DNA from: an uncultured Candidatus Saccharibacteria bacterium
GTDB lineage: Bacteria > Patescibacteriota > Dojkabacteria > J137
Length of the DNA stretch: 64,000 nt
Assembly (NCBI GenBank): GCA_965230975.1
Contig: OZ246402.1
Coordinates: 928,859 to 992,858, forward strand
Direction of reading: 5' to 3'
Translations under genes and position numbers: made by a program
In this document: piece by piece, positions 1 through 10,076 of the stretch
Numbering within the stretch: the stretch's first letter is position 1
How the letters are laid out: the number at the start of each line of letters is the position of its first letter
The notes under the pieces: model-generated
The model's input: only the letters and a program-made list of their open reading frames with translations
The model's database searches: none
What the model was told of the DNA's origin: nothing

Positions 1-31
1 TACTGCAATAAAAGGTTTTAGGCTAGATTTG

Positions 32-838
32 TTATTGCTCCCGAGTATAGTCATTAGGATTTTCGGAAGGGCCAAACATGTCTCGATGCTGTAAGTTATA
101 ACCCGGAGATTCTCTTTTTGATCTTGCATCTCTTTGTAAATAGTCTTCAAGAAATTCCATTCTTGTGTTCGCTTTGGAATCCGAATCAAACTCACTTTGA
201 ATTTTATTAGCTCTAAATATTGCTAAAGCGTTAAACACTCGCATAATTTCATCTTCTACTTGAGGTCTTGTATACTCCGTTAATTGGAATTCAGCAAAAA
301 TACTATCTACAGTTCTAATAATGGATGAAGATATTTCATTATCTAGGGTAGAGTCCTCTTGATAGTTAGCAAGGATAATAGAATACGCATCTACCAGATA
401 ATAAAGGTCTAAGTAATTCTTAACAATATCATCTGTTAAAAAATATCCTAAAAAAGAACTACCAAGTAAAATTTTTAACTCTTTACAATTATTTGAAATT
501 CTTTCATCATCTTGAAACATTGAAAAAACTAATCCATTTTGCAGTAAGGAGCAAACCCAATCCATAGAATCTCTTGCAAAAAATTTAAACAATGTAGTCT
601 CTAGTTCTGGAGGAACTCGATAGACTTCATCTGCTCTAGTAGTTGGTATGTCTATAATTAAATCCGGGTATCTTGTAGTATCATCAATTGAATCACTAGT
701 TAAATAAGTATCTAGTTCTTGACCGAATGAGGTTGGTTGTAAAATTTCAGATGATGCAAATTCCCCATCAGATGAATAATCACTTACATGATCATTCCCT
801 CTATGGTTAAATCTTCCGTCACTTGGCATTATACCCAT
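32..838 (-). CDS. hypothetical protein (268 aa, acidic; no recognisable motif)
   Basis: Long ORF from the track in a compact coding context. No domain recognised by eye. Confidence 0.4.
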   Translation of the reverse strand: MGIMPSDGRFNHRGNDHVSDYSSDGEFASSEILQPTSFGQELDTYLTSDSIDDTTRYPDLIIDIPTTRADEVYRVPPELETTLFKFFARDSMDWVCSLLQNGLVFSMFQDDERISNNCKELKILLGSSFLGYFLTDDIVKNYLDLYYLVDAYSIILANYQEDSTLDNEISSSIIRTVDSIFAEFQLTEYTRPQVEDEIMRVFNALAIFRANKIQSEFDSDSKANTRMEFLEDYLQRDARSKRESPGYNLQHRDMFGPSENPNDYTREQ

Positions 839-995
839 TTAATTTCATCTAAGAAATATACTGTTATTATAACATGGTAACAAATATAAATAAATAATTT
901 ATATACCTACAAATATTTATAGATTAGTGCTAGAATTCACAGTTCCTAAAAGGAATGTAGTAATATATAACAAATACATTTTTATTTCACTATTT

Positions 996-2396
996 ATGGA
1001 ATATACAAAAAAGACAAAGATTGTATGCACAATCGGACCCTCATCTTGGGATCAAGAGATAATGAGACAGATGATAGAAGCAGGAATGACATGCGCCCGA
1101 GTAAACGGAGCATTTGCAGACGAAGCAGAACTAGATAAAGTAACCGCATTGGTTAGAAACGTATCTAACGAAGTAGCTTTAATGATGGATGTAAAAGGCC
1201 CAGAAGTTAGAATGAACAAATTTGCAGAACCAAAAAAGTTAAATCCTGGCATGGAAGTGGTAATCGGTAACGATGAATCTGCTGAAATCTACCCAGCAAA
1301 CTATAAAGACTTATACAAACACTTAAACCCAGGGCAAAGAATTGTAATCGGAGATGGAGACACAGAACTAATAATCAAATCAATCGAAGGAGACAAAATG
1401 ATTACAGAAGTAGTTTTTGGAGAATTACTAAAACCAGGAAAAGCAATGAACTTACCAGGAGCAGATTTTGCTACGAGTGCATTAACAGACAAAGATATTA
1501 GAAATTTAAAACACTCACTAGAACTAGGTTGGGACTTTGTATCTGCATCTTTTATTCAAACAGCAGAAGCAGCAAGAGAAGTTAAGAAATACTTAGAGGG
1601 TAGCAATATGAAATTGATTGCAAAAATCGAAGATGGAAGCGGAGTTGAAAACATTGACGAAATTTTAGAAGTTGTAGACGGAATTATGGTAGCAAGAGGT
1701 GGACTAGGAGTAGAGTTAGGTTTAGAAAATGTACCAATGGCACAACTAGAATTAATTGAAAAATCAATTGCAATCGGGAAACCTGTAATTACTGCAACTC
1801 AAATGCTTGAATCTATGATTACAAATCCAAGACCAACAAGAGCAGAAGTGAACGATGTTGCAACAGCAATTATGTTAGGAACAGATAGCGTAATGCTTTC
1901 TGGAGAAAGCTCTGCTGGTCAATACCCAGTTGAGGCAGTTAAATTCTTAACAAAAATAGCAAATGCAATTGAACCAAATGTGCAACCAGGAATTGTAGAA
2001 GAACATACTCATGGGCCAGTAGGCACAGACGCTTTAACAAAAGCAGTTGCTCAAATGGCAATTGAAATGGGAGAAGAGATTGACGCAATTATTGTTGTTA
2101 CAAGAACTGGTAGAACTGCAAGATTAATTGGTAGACACGGTGTTAAACAACCATTATATGCATTTGTTTCTGCAGAAAACTTTGTAAGAGAACTTGCAAT
2201 TAGCAAGGGAATTAACAGAGCATTTGTTCAAGAAAGCCCAGTTGCAGATAGAGACACAGCAGTACAGCATGTAATTGAAGAAGCTAAAAAACTTGGAGTG
2301 ATTTCAACTGGACAAAAAGTATTGTTTGTAAGCAAAACCCCAGTAGGAGGTGAAAATTACTTTCCTAATGTATTAGAGGTTATTGAAGTAAAGTAA
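996..2396 (+). CDS. pyk: pyruvate kinase
   Basis: KIVCTIGPSS N-terminal motif and the MVARGGLGVELG signature are present, with a C-terminal regulatory-type domain. The ORF track starts at GTG 927; the first ATG at 996 (MEYTKKTKIV...) fits PK N-termini better. Confidence 0.9.
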   Translation: MEYTKKTKIVCTIGPSSWDQEIMRQMIEAGMTCARVNGAFADEAELDKVTALVRNVSNEVALMMDVKGPEVRMNKFAEPKKLNPGMEVVIGNDESAEIYPANYKDLYKHLNPGQRIVIGDGDTELIIKSIEGDKMITEVVFGELLKPGKAMNLPGADFATSALTDKDIRNLKHSLELGWDFVSASFIQTAEAAREVKKYLEGSNMKLIAKIEDGSGVENIDEILEVVDGIMVARGGLGVELGLENVPMAQLELIEKSIAIGKPVITATQMLESMITNPRPTRAEVNDVATAIMLGTDSVMLSGESSAGQYPVEAVKFLTKIANAIEPNVQPGIVEEHTHGPVGTDALTKAVAQMAIEMGEEIDAIIVVTRTGRTARLIGRHGVKQPLYAFVSAENFVRELAISKGINRAFVQESPVADRDTAVQHVIEEAKKLGVISTGQKVLFVSKTPVGGENYFPNVLEVIEVK

Positions 2397-2397
2397 A

Positions 2398-2667
2398 ATG
2401 ACACAAACAATACAAGTAGACTTTGAAGGATCGGCAAGAAACGACAGAACACAAAAGTTAATGGATACATTAATTTGGATGTCATCTGTGGAACCATCTG
2501 AAGTTTTAGCGGCAATTCAACGAACACCAGAAGATAGATTTAAATCTGAGTGGGGATTTGATCGAACAGAGATATTTGAATACTATGCAGATTACCTAGA
2601 GGCTTGGAAACGAGAGAACGGATTTGAAACAGCAAACGAGGAAACTATCGTAGTACCATTTAAATAG
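2398..2667 (+). CDS. small hypothetical protein (89 aa), probably co-transcribed with pyk
   Basis: ATG starts 2 nt after the pyk stop and a terminator hairpin follows. No motif recognised. Confidence 0.4.
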   Translation: MTQTIQVDFEGSARNDRTQKLMDTLIWMSSVEPSEVLAAIQRTPEDRFKSEWGFDRTEIFEYYADYLEAWKRENGFETANEETIVVPFK

Positions 2668-2688
2668 CAATTAGTTAATTTTCTTAAA

Positions 2689-2716
2689 GGCCCAGATAAA
2701 TCTGGGTCGCTTTATT
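2689..2716. terminator. intrinsic terminator-like hairpin between convergent genes
   Basis: GGCCCAGA-TAAA-TCTGGGTC stem-loop followed by GCTTTATT, between the + ORF ending at 2667 and the - ORF ending at 2724. Confidence 0.45.
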
Positions 2717-2723
2717 AGGTTTA

Positions 2724-3845
2724 TTACCCTAAAGTTATTGAATTTGAGTAATCTAAATTTGAAAGCAGATTTAGTAGATCAATTACTTCTGGTAAAGCAA
2801 TATTGTTGTATTCAGGATTTATTGAATCGTAAACAACATAAGGTGCAACTCCATGACCACGATCCTTTGTAATAGAAAAATTTATAATATCTCCTGTTTG
2901 AGTATCTAAATTAAATGTCAGATCAAAAGAGTAATATGTCCCCACATCATCTCTGTAGCCTATCTCATAACTTTTATTGGTAACAGAATCCCTTACATCT
3001 GGCACAAGTTCGGTTAAAAGCGATAATGCACCACTCCTAAAGAATCCATATTGTCTACCCAGTGAAGTTATTAGCGAAGATAATTCTGGGTAATTTTCCA
3101 TTGCCTGAGATGAAAAAGCTCTTCTATCTAATTCTACCTTGACCTTTAAAAAGGACCCTGGGCCATCTTGAGTTGTTCTACCTTGTACAGCAATCATCTC
3201 TTGCAATTGTCTTAAAAACTCAACTGAACTTACAACTCGACTATTTGGTCTTCTTTCCCAAACAGAGGCCCAAACATTAAGGCTATATGTTCTTTCAAAG
3301 CTTCCATCAGACATCAGCCGCAAACCCAAACTACCCAAAAATATCTCTTCATTCTCCGAAACACCTTCTCGTGATAATAGTAAATTAATTGATAGATCGT
3401 ATACTTCTGAATTGAAAAGCTGATACAACTGGGCATCTGACATATTCGAAATAATAATCAATTCGTTTATTATCTCTTCGCTTGTTAGAAATTCAGTTAA
3501 AGATTCTTCTATGTTTTGAGTTTGAAGTAAATCATCAAGTATTTGATTACCTGTATGTCTGTTTTGAAGAAGTATATAAATAAATATTACAAGTACTAAG
3601 GTTCCGATCATGGAGTATTTAGGTAAATTACCCAATCGATTTTTAAATTCTAAAAGTTCTGGTTTGCCAGAAGCCATTATATAAGTAATTATTTCAACTA
3701 AAGCTCTCCACGCAGGATTACGCATTGCAACTTCATGCTCAGAAGGACTTTTTACTTCATCTTCGATAAAATTTTCGTCAAATTCTTCAAAATTGTTCAT
3801 ATCTGATTGTCTTAATATACTTGCTAATAGATCAGTATCAGTCAC
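2724..3845 (-). CDS. hypothetical protein (373 aa) with one internal hydrophobic helix
   Basis: Long ORF with a TM-like segment (GTLVLVIFIYILLQ). No catalytic motif recognised. Confidence 0.45.
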   Translation of the reverse strand: MTDTDLLASILRQSDMNNFEEFDENFIEDEVKSPSEHEVAMRNPAWRALVEIITYIMASGKPELLEFKNRLGNLPKYSMIGTLVLVIFIYILLQNRHTGNQILDDLLQTQNIEESLTEFLTSEEIINELIIISNMSDAQLYQLFNSEVYDLSINLLLSREGVSENEEIFLGSLGLRLMSDGSFERTYSLNVWASVWERRPNSRVVSSVEFLRQLQEMIAVQGRTTQDGPGSFLKVKVELDRRAFSSQAMENYPELSSLITSLGRQYGFFRSGALSLLTELVPDVRDSVTNKSYEIGYRDDVGTYYSFDLTFNLDTQTGDIINFSITKDRGHGVAPYVVYDSINPEYNNIALPEVIDLLNLLSNLDYSNSITLG

Positions 3846-4030
3846 TGTAATTTATTATAGGGTAGATTATATAATGCAAGCCGAATATAAGCAATCAAAT
3901 GTCACCATTTTACAATGTCACATACATAACTAAACAATATTCAAGTGACAAAAATAAATCTTTACAGTAAACTCATAACGTTATAAATAATAGTTTTGTT
4001 GTAATAATGTATTAGTGTTTTATAGTAAGT

Positions 4031-4057
4031 TTGACTATATAACGTTAGAACTATAAA
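4031..4057 (+). promoter_or_regulatory. candidate sigma70-like promoter upstream of gap (TTGACT-N15-TATAAA)
   Basis: TTGACT at 4031-4036 and TATAAA at 4052-4057 in an AT-rich 250-bp leader. The spacer is short, so this is weak. Confidence 0.25.
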
Positions 4058-4102
4058 ACAATAAGACTGTTAGAATTAAAAATATATATTATCAACTTAT
4101 AT

Positions 4103-5140
4103 ATGGCAACAAGAGTAGCAATCAATGGATTCGGAAGAATCGGAAGACTTGTTTACAGAGCTCTTTTAGAAAAAGAGATGCTTAACGGACAAGTGGAAGT
4201 TGTAGCAGTAAATGACTTAGTACCTGCAGACAACCTAGCTTACTTACTAAAATACGATACAACTCATGGAAGATTACCATTTGATGTAAAAGTTGTAGGC
4301 GAAGATACAATTGAAGTATCAAAGAACGGCAAAGTAATTTCTACAATCAAAGCTTTGGCTATGAAAGCAACACCAGCAGAATTGCCATGGAAAGATCATA
4401 ATATTGATATAGTAATCGAATCTACAGGATTCTTTACAAAAAAAGCAGATGCTAGCGGACACTTAACAGCAGGGGCTAAAAAAGTAATTATTTCAGCTCC
4501 ATCTGATGAAGATGTAAAAACAATTCTAATGGGCGTTAATCATGAGCAATACAATGGAGAAGAGCTAGTTAGCAACGCAAGTTGTACAACAAACTGCTTA
4601 GCACCATTAGTACATGTTTTATTAACAGAAGGAATTGGACTTGAAGAAGGATTAATGACAACCGCTCACGCATATACAGCAACACAAAGTGTTATGGACG
4701 GACCATCTAGAAAAGCATTTAGAGATGGTAGAGCAGCAGCAATGAACATTATCCCTGCATCTACCGGTGCTGCAAAAGCAATCGGCTTGGTAATTCCACA
4801 AATGAAAGGAAAACTAACAGGAATGTCTTTCAGAGTTCCAGTATCAGATGTTTCAGTAGTTGATTTAACATTCAAACCAACAAAAGATACATCTTTAGCA
4901 GAAATTAATGCTGCAATGAAGAAGGCTTCTGAAACATATTTAAAAGGAGTTTTGGATTATACAGAAGAACCAGTAGTTTCAAGCGACTTTATTCACTCTA
5001 GTGCATCTAGCACTTACGATTCTGGAGCATGCATTGAATTAAACCCTAGATTCTTTAAAATAGTTGCTTGGTACGATAACGAATGGGGCTATTCAAATAG
5101 AATGGCAGACCTGCTTGAATTAGTTGTTTCAAAAATGTAA
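4103..5140 (+). CDS. gap: glyceraldehyde-3-phosphate dehydrogenase, type I (bacterial/eukaryotic type)
   Basis: NGFGRIGR Rossmann motif and the [10 protein letters not shown] active-site Cys motif are present. Length 345 aa, ATG start. Confidence 0.95.
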   Translation: MATRVAINGFGRIGRLVYRALLEKEMLNGQVEVVAVNDLVPADNLAYLLKYDTTHGRLPFDVKVVGEDTIEVSKNGKVISTIKALAMKATPAELPWKDHNIDIVIESTGFFTKKADASGHLTAGAKKVIISAPSDEDVKTILMGVNHEQYNGEELVSNASCTTNCLAPLVHVLLTEGIGLEEGLMTTAHAYTATQSVMDGPSRKAFRDGRAAAMNIIPASTGAAKAIGLVIPQMKGKLTGMSFRVPVSDVSVVDLTFKPTKDTSLAEINAAMKKASETYLKGVLDYTEEPVVSSDFIHSSASSTYDSGACIELNPRFFKIVAWYDNEWGYSNRMADLLELVVSKM

Positions 5141-5149
5141 TTTTATTAC

Positions 5150-5719
5150 ATGATTAGTCAACCCGAAACAGGGGAGGTTGTGTACACAACCTCCCCTGAG
5201 CAAGAAAAACTTTTAGAAGAGCTTAACGATCTAAAAACAAACTTACTTCAAAACTACCCTCAAATTCCACAACAAATAATTGATGATATATTTAACGAGT
5301 GTACTAATCTTGTGCTAAATGGAAATAGAAGTGATGCTTATACCAGGCATAGTTTATATGCAGAATTTCATAATCTAGAAAGAAGAATTCTAAGTATTCA
5401 GAGTAGAGAAAATCAAGCAAAAGAAAATCCTATCAACTTAGAGTTACTGGAATATGCAAAAATTGGAATTGCCAGCATTTCAAATTCTTCTGGGTTTTTG
5501 ACTATGGGTGCAGTATTAATATTATATTTAACAGCTCTGGATCAATTATACACATCATCAACCAGCCGGGAACTATCTACATTTACACCATTAATGTGCT
5601 TAATTTTGTTAATGGCAATCTTTGAAGCATTGCTTGCTAAAGATTTAGCTATAGATTTTAAAAATAGAGTAGAAAAGAAAAAATCTGAAATATCTAAAAA
5701 TCATGAAGCCGAGAGTTAA
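5150..5719 (+). CDS. hypothetical membrane-anchored protein (189 aa)
   Basis: ORF starts 10 nt after the gap stop and has C-terminal hydrophobic segments. Confidence 0.4.
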   Translation: MISQPETGEVVYTTSPEQEKLLEELNDLKTNLLQNYPQIPQQIIDDIFNECTNLVLNGNRSDAYTRHSLYAEFHNLERRILSIQSRENQAKENPINLELLEYAKIGIASISNSSGFLTMGAVLILYLTALDQLYTSSTSRELSTFTPLMCLILLMAIFEALLAKDLAIDFKNRVEKKKSEISKNHEAES

Positions 5720-5781
5720 CGGATTTAATTGACACAATAAGTTTACAAGGTCTGTTGCCAAACGGCGATTACTGACACAAG

Positions 5782-5792
5782 TGTGCTATAAT
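5782..5792 (+). promoter_or_regulatory. extended -10 element TGTGCTATAAT 8 nt upstream of an ATG
   Basis: TGnTATAAT match directly before ATG 5801. This may indicate a leaderless transcript. Confidence 0.25.
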
Positions 5793-5800
5793 CCCACTAT

Positions 5801-6076
5801 ATGAAAAGCGAATCGGAGAGCGGATTTTTAAAAGATCTAGACTTACCAGAATATCCTGACTTTAACAAGCTTGAATTTTGGGATGGAGTTCTTGCTATAA
5901 TTTTAAGTTTCACCCTGATTCTTAGTGCCCTCACAACTGGGATAATAATCCTTATAGATACTGGCGATATAAACAATTTAAACCCAATACCGTTTTTACA
6001 GCAAATTACCCAGGGTGACTTTTTTAGTGATTTAAAGGCAGAAAATTTACAATTTTTTGTAGATAGAGAACCTTAA
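5801..6076 (+). CDS. small hypothetical membrane protein (91 aa)
   Basis: Short ORF with a central hydrophobic helix, lying between gap and pgk. Confidence 0.3.
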   Translation: MKSESESGFLKDLDLPEYPDFNKLEFWDGVLAIILSFTLILSALTTGIIILIDTGDINNLNPIPFLQQITQGDFFSDLKAENLQFFVDREP

Positions 6077-6133
6077 TAGTGACAAAATCCTTTCCAGGTA
6101 TTAATATTAAATGTTACCTCTAAATTAATCACT

Positions 6134-7354
6134 ATGTATAAAATTCAACCCCAAAAAATACAAGAGAAATCGTACAAAAACATTGCAAATCTACCAGACC
6201 AAAGAGTAATTATTAGATCCTGCCTTAACGTTACAGTTGATAAAGATGGCAGAGTAACCGATGCAACAAGGCTAAATGAATCACTGCCTTTAATACAAGA
6301 ACTTGCCGGCAAAGCACAAAACTTAGTTATAATGGCTCACTTGGGCCGACCTAAAGAAAGAAGCCAAGATACAAGCTTTTGGCACTTAGCTCAGCTACTT
6401 GGAGTGGAACTTGAAAAACAAGGTGTAAGCCTAAAGCTAATATCTGACTTAACAGATAGCGCATTAGAAGAGATAAAAAATAATCAAGATTCAAAACAGG
6501 TTTTCTTGCTAGAAAATATTAGATATTTTGAAGGAGAAGACTCTAAAGATGCCGCCCACAGATTTGCATTTGCCAATACACTAGCTTCTTTAGGTACTGT
6601 GTTTATTAACGATGCCTTTGCAGATTACAGAGAATCTGCATCTAGTTATGATATTGCAAAACTATTACCTAGCTTTTTAGGGCCAGTATTTATTAGAGAA
6701 GTAGAGGCACTTTCCAAATTTAATAATCCAGAAAAACCTTTTATAGCAGTGTTAGGTGGCGCAAAGCTTTCAGAAAAATTAGATGCATTAAAATCATTAC
6801 TAGAAATAGCAGATAAAGTTATTGTTGGTGGGGCAATGGCATATACTTTGCTTAAAGCAGAAGGGAAAGAGATTGGTAACTCCTTATTTGAATTAGACAA
6901 ACTTGAAGTTGCTAAAGAGATCATTTCCAAATATAAAAGCAAGCTTGTACTACCTGTAGACCATTTAGTTTGTGATATATTTAACGAAGAAAGCGCATTA
7001 AACTCTATTGTTATAGACCAACAAGAAATTCCAAACGGCAAAATAGCAATTGATTTGGGCCCAGATTCAATAGCATTATTCAAAGACGAGCTCTCAAAAG
7101 CAAAATCCATTTTATGGAATGGACCAATGGGAGTTTCTGAATGGGAGGTCTCATCTAAAGGAACAACTGCTATGGGTTCTGCAATATCTTCTAATTTAGA
7201 TGCCTATATACTAGCAGGAGGAGGAGATTCTATTGCAGCAATTAATAAATTTGGGTTAACCGGGTTTGACCATGTTTCTACAGGAGGTGGAGCAATGTTG
7301 GCATTCTTAGCTTATGATAAATTCCCAATATTAGATGTTATTGTAGAAAAATAA
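6134..7354 (+). CDS. pgk: phosphoglycerate kinase
   Basis: Length 406 aa. N-terminal RxDxNVP-like region, ENIRYFEGE motif and C-terminal GGGA(M/S) Gly-rich ATP-binding motifs are present. Confidence 0.9.
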   Translation: MYKIQPQKIQEKSYKNIANLPDQRVIIRSCLNVTVDKDGRVTDATRLNESLPLIQELAGKAQNLVIMAHLGRPKERSQDTSFWHLAQLLGVELEKQGVSLKLISDLTDSALEEIKNNQDSKQVFLLENIRYFEGEDSKDAAHRFAFANTLASLGTVFINDAFADYRESASSYDIAKLLPSFLGPVFIREVEALSKFNNPEKPFIAVLGGAKLSEKLDALKSLLEIADKVIVGGAMAYTLLKAEGKEIGNSLFELDKLEVAKEIISKYKSKLVLPVDHLVCDIFNEESALNSIVIDQQEIPNGKIAIDLGPDSIALFKDELSKAKSILWNGPMGVSEWEVSSKGTTAMGSAISSNLDAYILAGGGDSIAAINKFGLTGFDHVSTGGGAMLAFLAYDKFPILDVIVEK

Positions 7355-7382
7355 GCTAAAGATTTATAAAAACTATAAAAAA

Positions 7383-7408
7383 AGGACCCCGATGCATCGG
7401 GGTCCCTT
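7383..7408. terminator. bidirectional intrinsic terminator
   Basis: Perfect palindrome GGACCCCGATG/CATCGGGGTCC, flanked by an A-run upstream and CTTT downstream, between convergent pgk and a - strand ORF. Confidence 0.7.
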
Positions 7409-7426
7409 TAGTTAAAACGAGATTAA

Positions 7427-8047
7427 TTATTTTCTATCTTTATTCCAAAGTAAATAATTACCTGCAATAAAAGCAATTACAGTTGCTACAGTTACCCACC
7501 AAATCAAACTATTAATTTGATTAAAAACTTGAGTATTGTAATAGTAAGAAACGATAGAACATTTAACTTCGCAAACTAACGAACTTGCATCTCTCATATA
7601 TGCTAAAGTTCTAACAATAATTGCTAAAGATAAATTAAAGAAGAAAAGCTGAGAAATAAAACCTAAAAATGTATTTAAAAATAATATTGCAGGAAAATTT
7701 GCTGACTTAGTTGTTGCTACTTTAGTAATGTTAATTAAGTAAGCAACTATGTTGTATGCAAAAAATATTAGTAATCCAACTCCGTACAATACAACTACAA
7801 ACTTAATTAAATCATCACTTCTTTTTAGTATTGTTGTAAATATTCCCAACGAGATCATAAAAAACAGACTGCCTAAAAACGTTCTTAGCATTATGGTATT
7901 TGCACTAAGCCTTTTGTTAAGACTAGATATTCTAGATTTTGCAGGTGACACAACTCTCTGTAATCTTTGTTTTACCATTTTTACATTTTTAAAAAATAAG
8001 TTTACAATAAAGATATTATAGTAAAAACAAAGCCCATATGTATACAT
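7427..8047 (-). CDS. hypothetical polytopic membrane protein (206 aa)
   Basis: Multiple hydrophobic helices. No motif recognised. Confidence 0.4.
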   Translation of the reverse strand: MYTYGLCFYYNIFIVNLFFKNVKMVKQRLQRVVSPAKSRISSLNKRLSANTIMLRTFLGSLFFMISLGIFTTILKRSDDLIKFVVVLYGVGLLIFFAYNIVAYLINITKVATTKSANFPAILFLNTFLGFISQLFFFNLSLAIIVRTLAYMRDASSLVCEVKCSIVSYYYNTQVFNQINSLIWWVTVATVIAFIAGNYLLWNKDRK

Positions 8048-8541
8048 CTGAAATTAGAAAAAAAAGTAAAGTTTTAATCGTTTATGCTACTACAAGTGGT
8101 AACTCAGAAATGGTTGCAGAGGCTATTGCAGATGGCATCAATCAATCAGACCATGCAATTGAGGCAGAATGCGTAAGGGCAGAAGTTACTAAACCCTCTG
8201 AACTAAATAAATTTAGCGCTTCTATACTTATTGCATCTACTTGGAATGTGGGGTTATTAAACGATAACATGGTCCCTTTTAATAAAGATTTGCTATCAAT
8301 GAAAATGGATGGAAAGTTAATTGATGTTGTTGGGTTAGGAGATAGTAAAAATTATGACATTTATAATGGTGCAGCAGATATTTTAGAAAATACCGTTAAG
8401 AAAGTTGGTGCTAGTCAAGTTATGCCTACTTTAAAAATAGATGGAGAGGTTTTTAGCAGACTTGAAGAATATAAAGCTTGGGGCAAAATTTATGCAGAAA
8501 AACTTGTTAAAAAGCTTTCCAGCAATACACTTTCCGAGTAA
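8038..8541 (+). CDS. flavodoxin
   Basis: VLIVYATTSGNSE FMN phosphate-binding loop (T/SxTGxT), about 167 aa. Located next to PFK and the 2-oxoacid:ferredoxin oxidoreductase genes. Confidence 0.7.
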   Translation: MYTSEIRKKSKVLIVYATTSGNSEMVAEAIADGINQSDHAIEAECVRAEVTKPSELNKFSASILIASTWNVGLLNDNMVPFNKDLLSMKMDGKLIDVVGLGDSKNYDIYNGAADILENTVKKVGASQVMPTLKIDGEVFSRLEEYKAWGKIYAEKLVKKLSSNTLSE

Positions 8542-8574
8542 AATACATATACTTTATTAATTAACTGATTACTT

Positions 8575-9696
8575 ATGTTTAAGAAAATTGGAATTATCAA
8601 TTCTGGTGGAGATGTTCAAGGTTTAAATGCTGTAATAGCTTCTGCAGTAATTTATGGCTCAAAAATGAACTATAAATTTGTTGGGTTTATTAAAGGGTGG
8701 GAAGGCTTGTTAGACTTAGACTATATAGAATTAGATACCCAATCAGTTAGAGGTATTAGCCACACAGGTGGTACAATTTTACACTCAGTAAATAAAGGTA
8801 GGTTTGCAGGTAAAGCCGGATTAAACGGTAGCCAATCTTCAATACCATCAGAAATATTAGATTTAGCTATTGAAAATATTAAAAAGCTTGATTTGCATGC
8901 TTTAATAGTAATTGGAGGAGATGGAACTTTATCTGGGGCAATTCAATTAGCAGAGAGAGGGATCAATATAGTAGGCGTTCCTAAAACAATTGATAACGAC
9001 TTAAGTAGCACAGACCAAACATTTGGATTTAGTACTGCTGTAAACATTGCAGTAGAAGCGCTAGATAGAATCCATACGACAGCTACTAGCCACGATAGAG
9101 TAATGATCGTAGAGACAATGGGTAGACACGCAGGCTGGATCGCTTTACACGCCGGTTTAGCAGGTGGTGCAGATGCAATTTTATTACCTGAATTTGATTT
9201 TCAATACTCAGAACTTGTTAAATTTTTAAGATGGAGAAAAACAGTTGGAAGAAACTATTCTGTAATTGTAGTATCTGAAGGTGCAAAAGCAATAGGCGAA
9301 GAACTTGCAGCTAAAAATCTTGGGGCTCCAGAAGTTAAACTTGGAGGTATTTCAGAACAAGTTATGAACAGATTAAATGAGTTAGCACCAGGTGAATTCG
9401 AAATTAGAAATGTAGTTTTAGGACACATTCAAAGAGGAGGTACACCTAATGCAGAAGATAGAATTTATGCAAAATCTTATGGAGCTGCAGCTGTAAATGC
9501 TATTCACAATAATCGATTTGGAAACATGATTGCACTACAGGCTGGTAAACTAATCGAGATTCCAATAAAAGAAGCTATTTCTAAATTCAACTTAGTTACC
9601 CCACAAGCATTGGCTTATATCACAGCCAAAAGATTAGGCGTTTTCATGGGAGAGTGTAGAGATGGTGTGTGCGGTACCGGTGTTGAAAGTAAATAA
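8575..9696 (+). CDS. pfk: 6-phosphofructokinase (PFK-A family; ATP versus PPi specificity ambiguous)
   Basis: GGDGT, PKTIDND and MGR (ETMGRHAGW) motifs are present. Gly at the 104-equivalent position is ATP-like; Lys at the 124-equivalent position is PPi-like. Confidence 0.9.
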   Translation: MFKKIGIINSGGDVQGLNAVIASAVIYGSKMNYKFVGFIKGWEGLLDLDYIELDTQSVRGISHTGGTILHSVNKGRFAGKAGLNGSQSSIPSEILDLAIENIKKLDLHALIVIGGDGTLSGAIQLAERGINIVGVPKTIDNDLSSTDQTFGFSTAVNIAVEALDRIHTTATSHDRVMIVETMGRHAGWIALHAGLAGGADAILLPEFDFQYSELVKFLRWRKTVGRNYSVIVVSEGAKAIGEELAAKNLGAPEVKLGGISEQVMNRLNELAPGEFEIRNVVLGHIQRGGTPNAEDRIYAKSYGAAAVNAIHNNRFGNMIALQAGKLIEIPIKEAISKFNLVTPQALAYITAKRLGVFMGECRDGVCGTGVESK

Positions 9697-9769
9697 TTCT
9701 ATTTGGAAAATATAACTGAATCAAGCAAGTATATTCTTGGCCAGGTATAACTCTTTTTTATAAACCAAG

Positions 9770-9915
9770 TATTTGGTATACGACAAAGTTCACCCATTTT
9801 TAGGAATAGTTTCTATATAATACCCCAAAACCCGTTACTCACATTGGTTTAATTGCACACTAAAGTAGGTTGTATACCAAAGTTACAGAACAAAGTCGGA
9901 TACCAAAATTCAAAT
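9770..9915. repeat. cluster of short repeats related to (G)GTATAC(C/G)(A)CAAAGTT
   Basis: Three similar motifs (ggtatacgacaaagtt, tgtataccaaagtt, ggataccaaaatt) in an unusually long (380 bp) convergent intergenic region. Confidence 0.3.
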
Positions 9916-10076
9916 TTCAGTTTTGGACACCAGATATTCTTTTATGTTTAATAAATCTTTAAATTTAACAAGTCTCCCTCACAATTTTTCTAAAATATCC
10001 AATACTTGAACTATAAAAAATACAGGGGAAAAGAAATTCCAATAATAGTTTAATTTTTAAGTTTTGAGCTTTTAAA

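Noticed and set aside
1052-1492. Minus-strand ORFs of 66 and 63 aa inside pyk
   Set aside because: They are fully embedded antisense in a well-supported enzyme gene with no independent signal. Typical spurious ORFs.
6646-7110. 154-aa minus-strand ORF inside pgk
   Set aside because: Antisense overlap with a conserved enzyme gene. Low-complexity Ser/Asn-rich translation.
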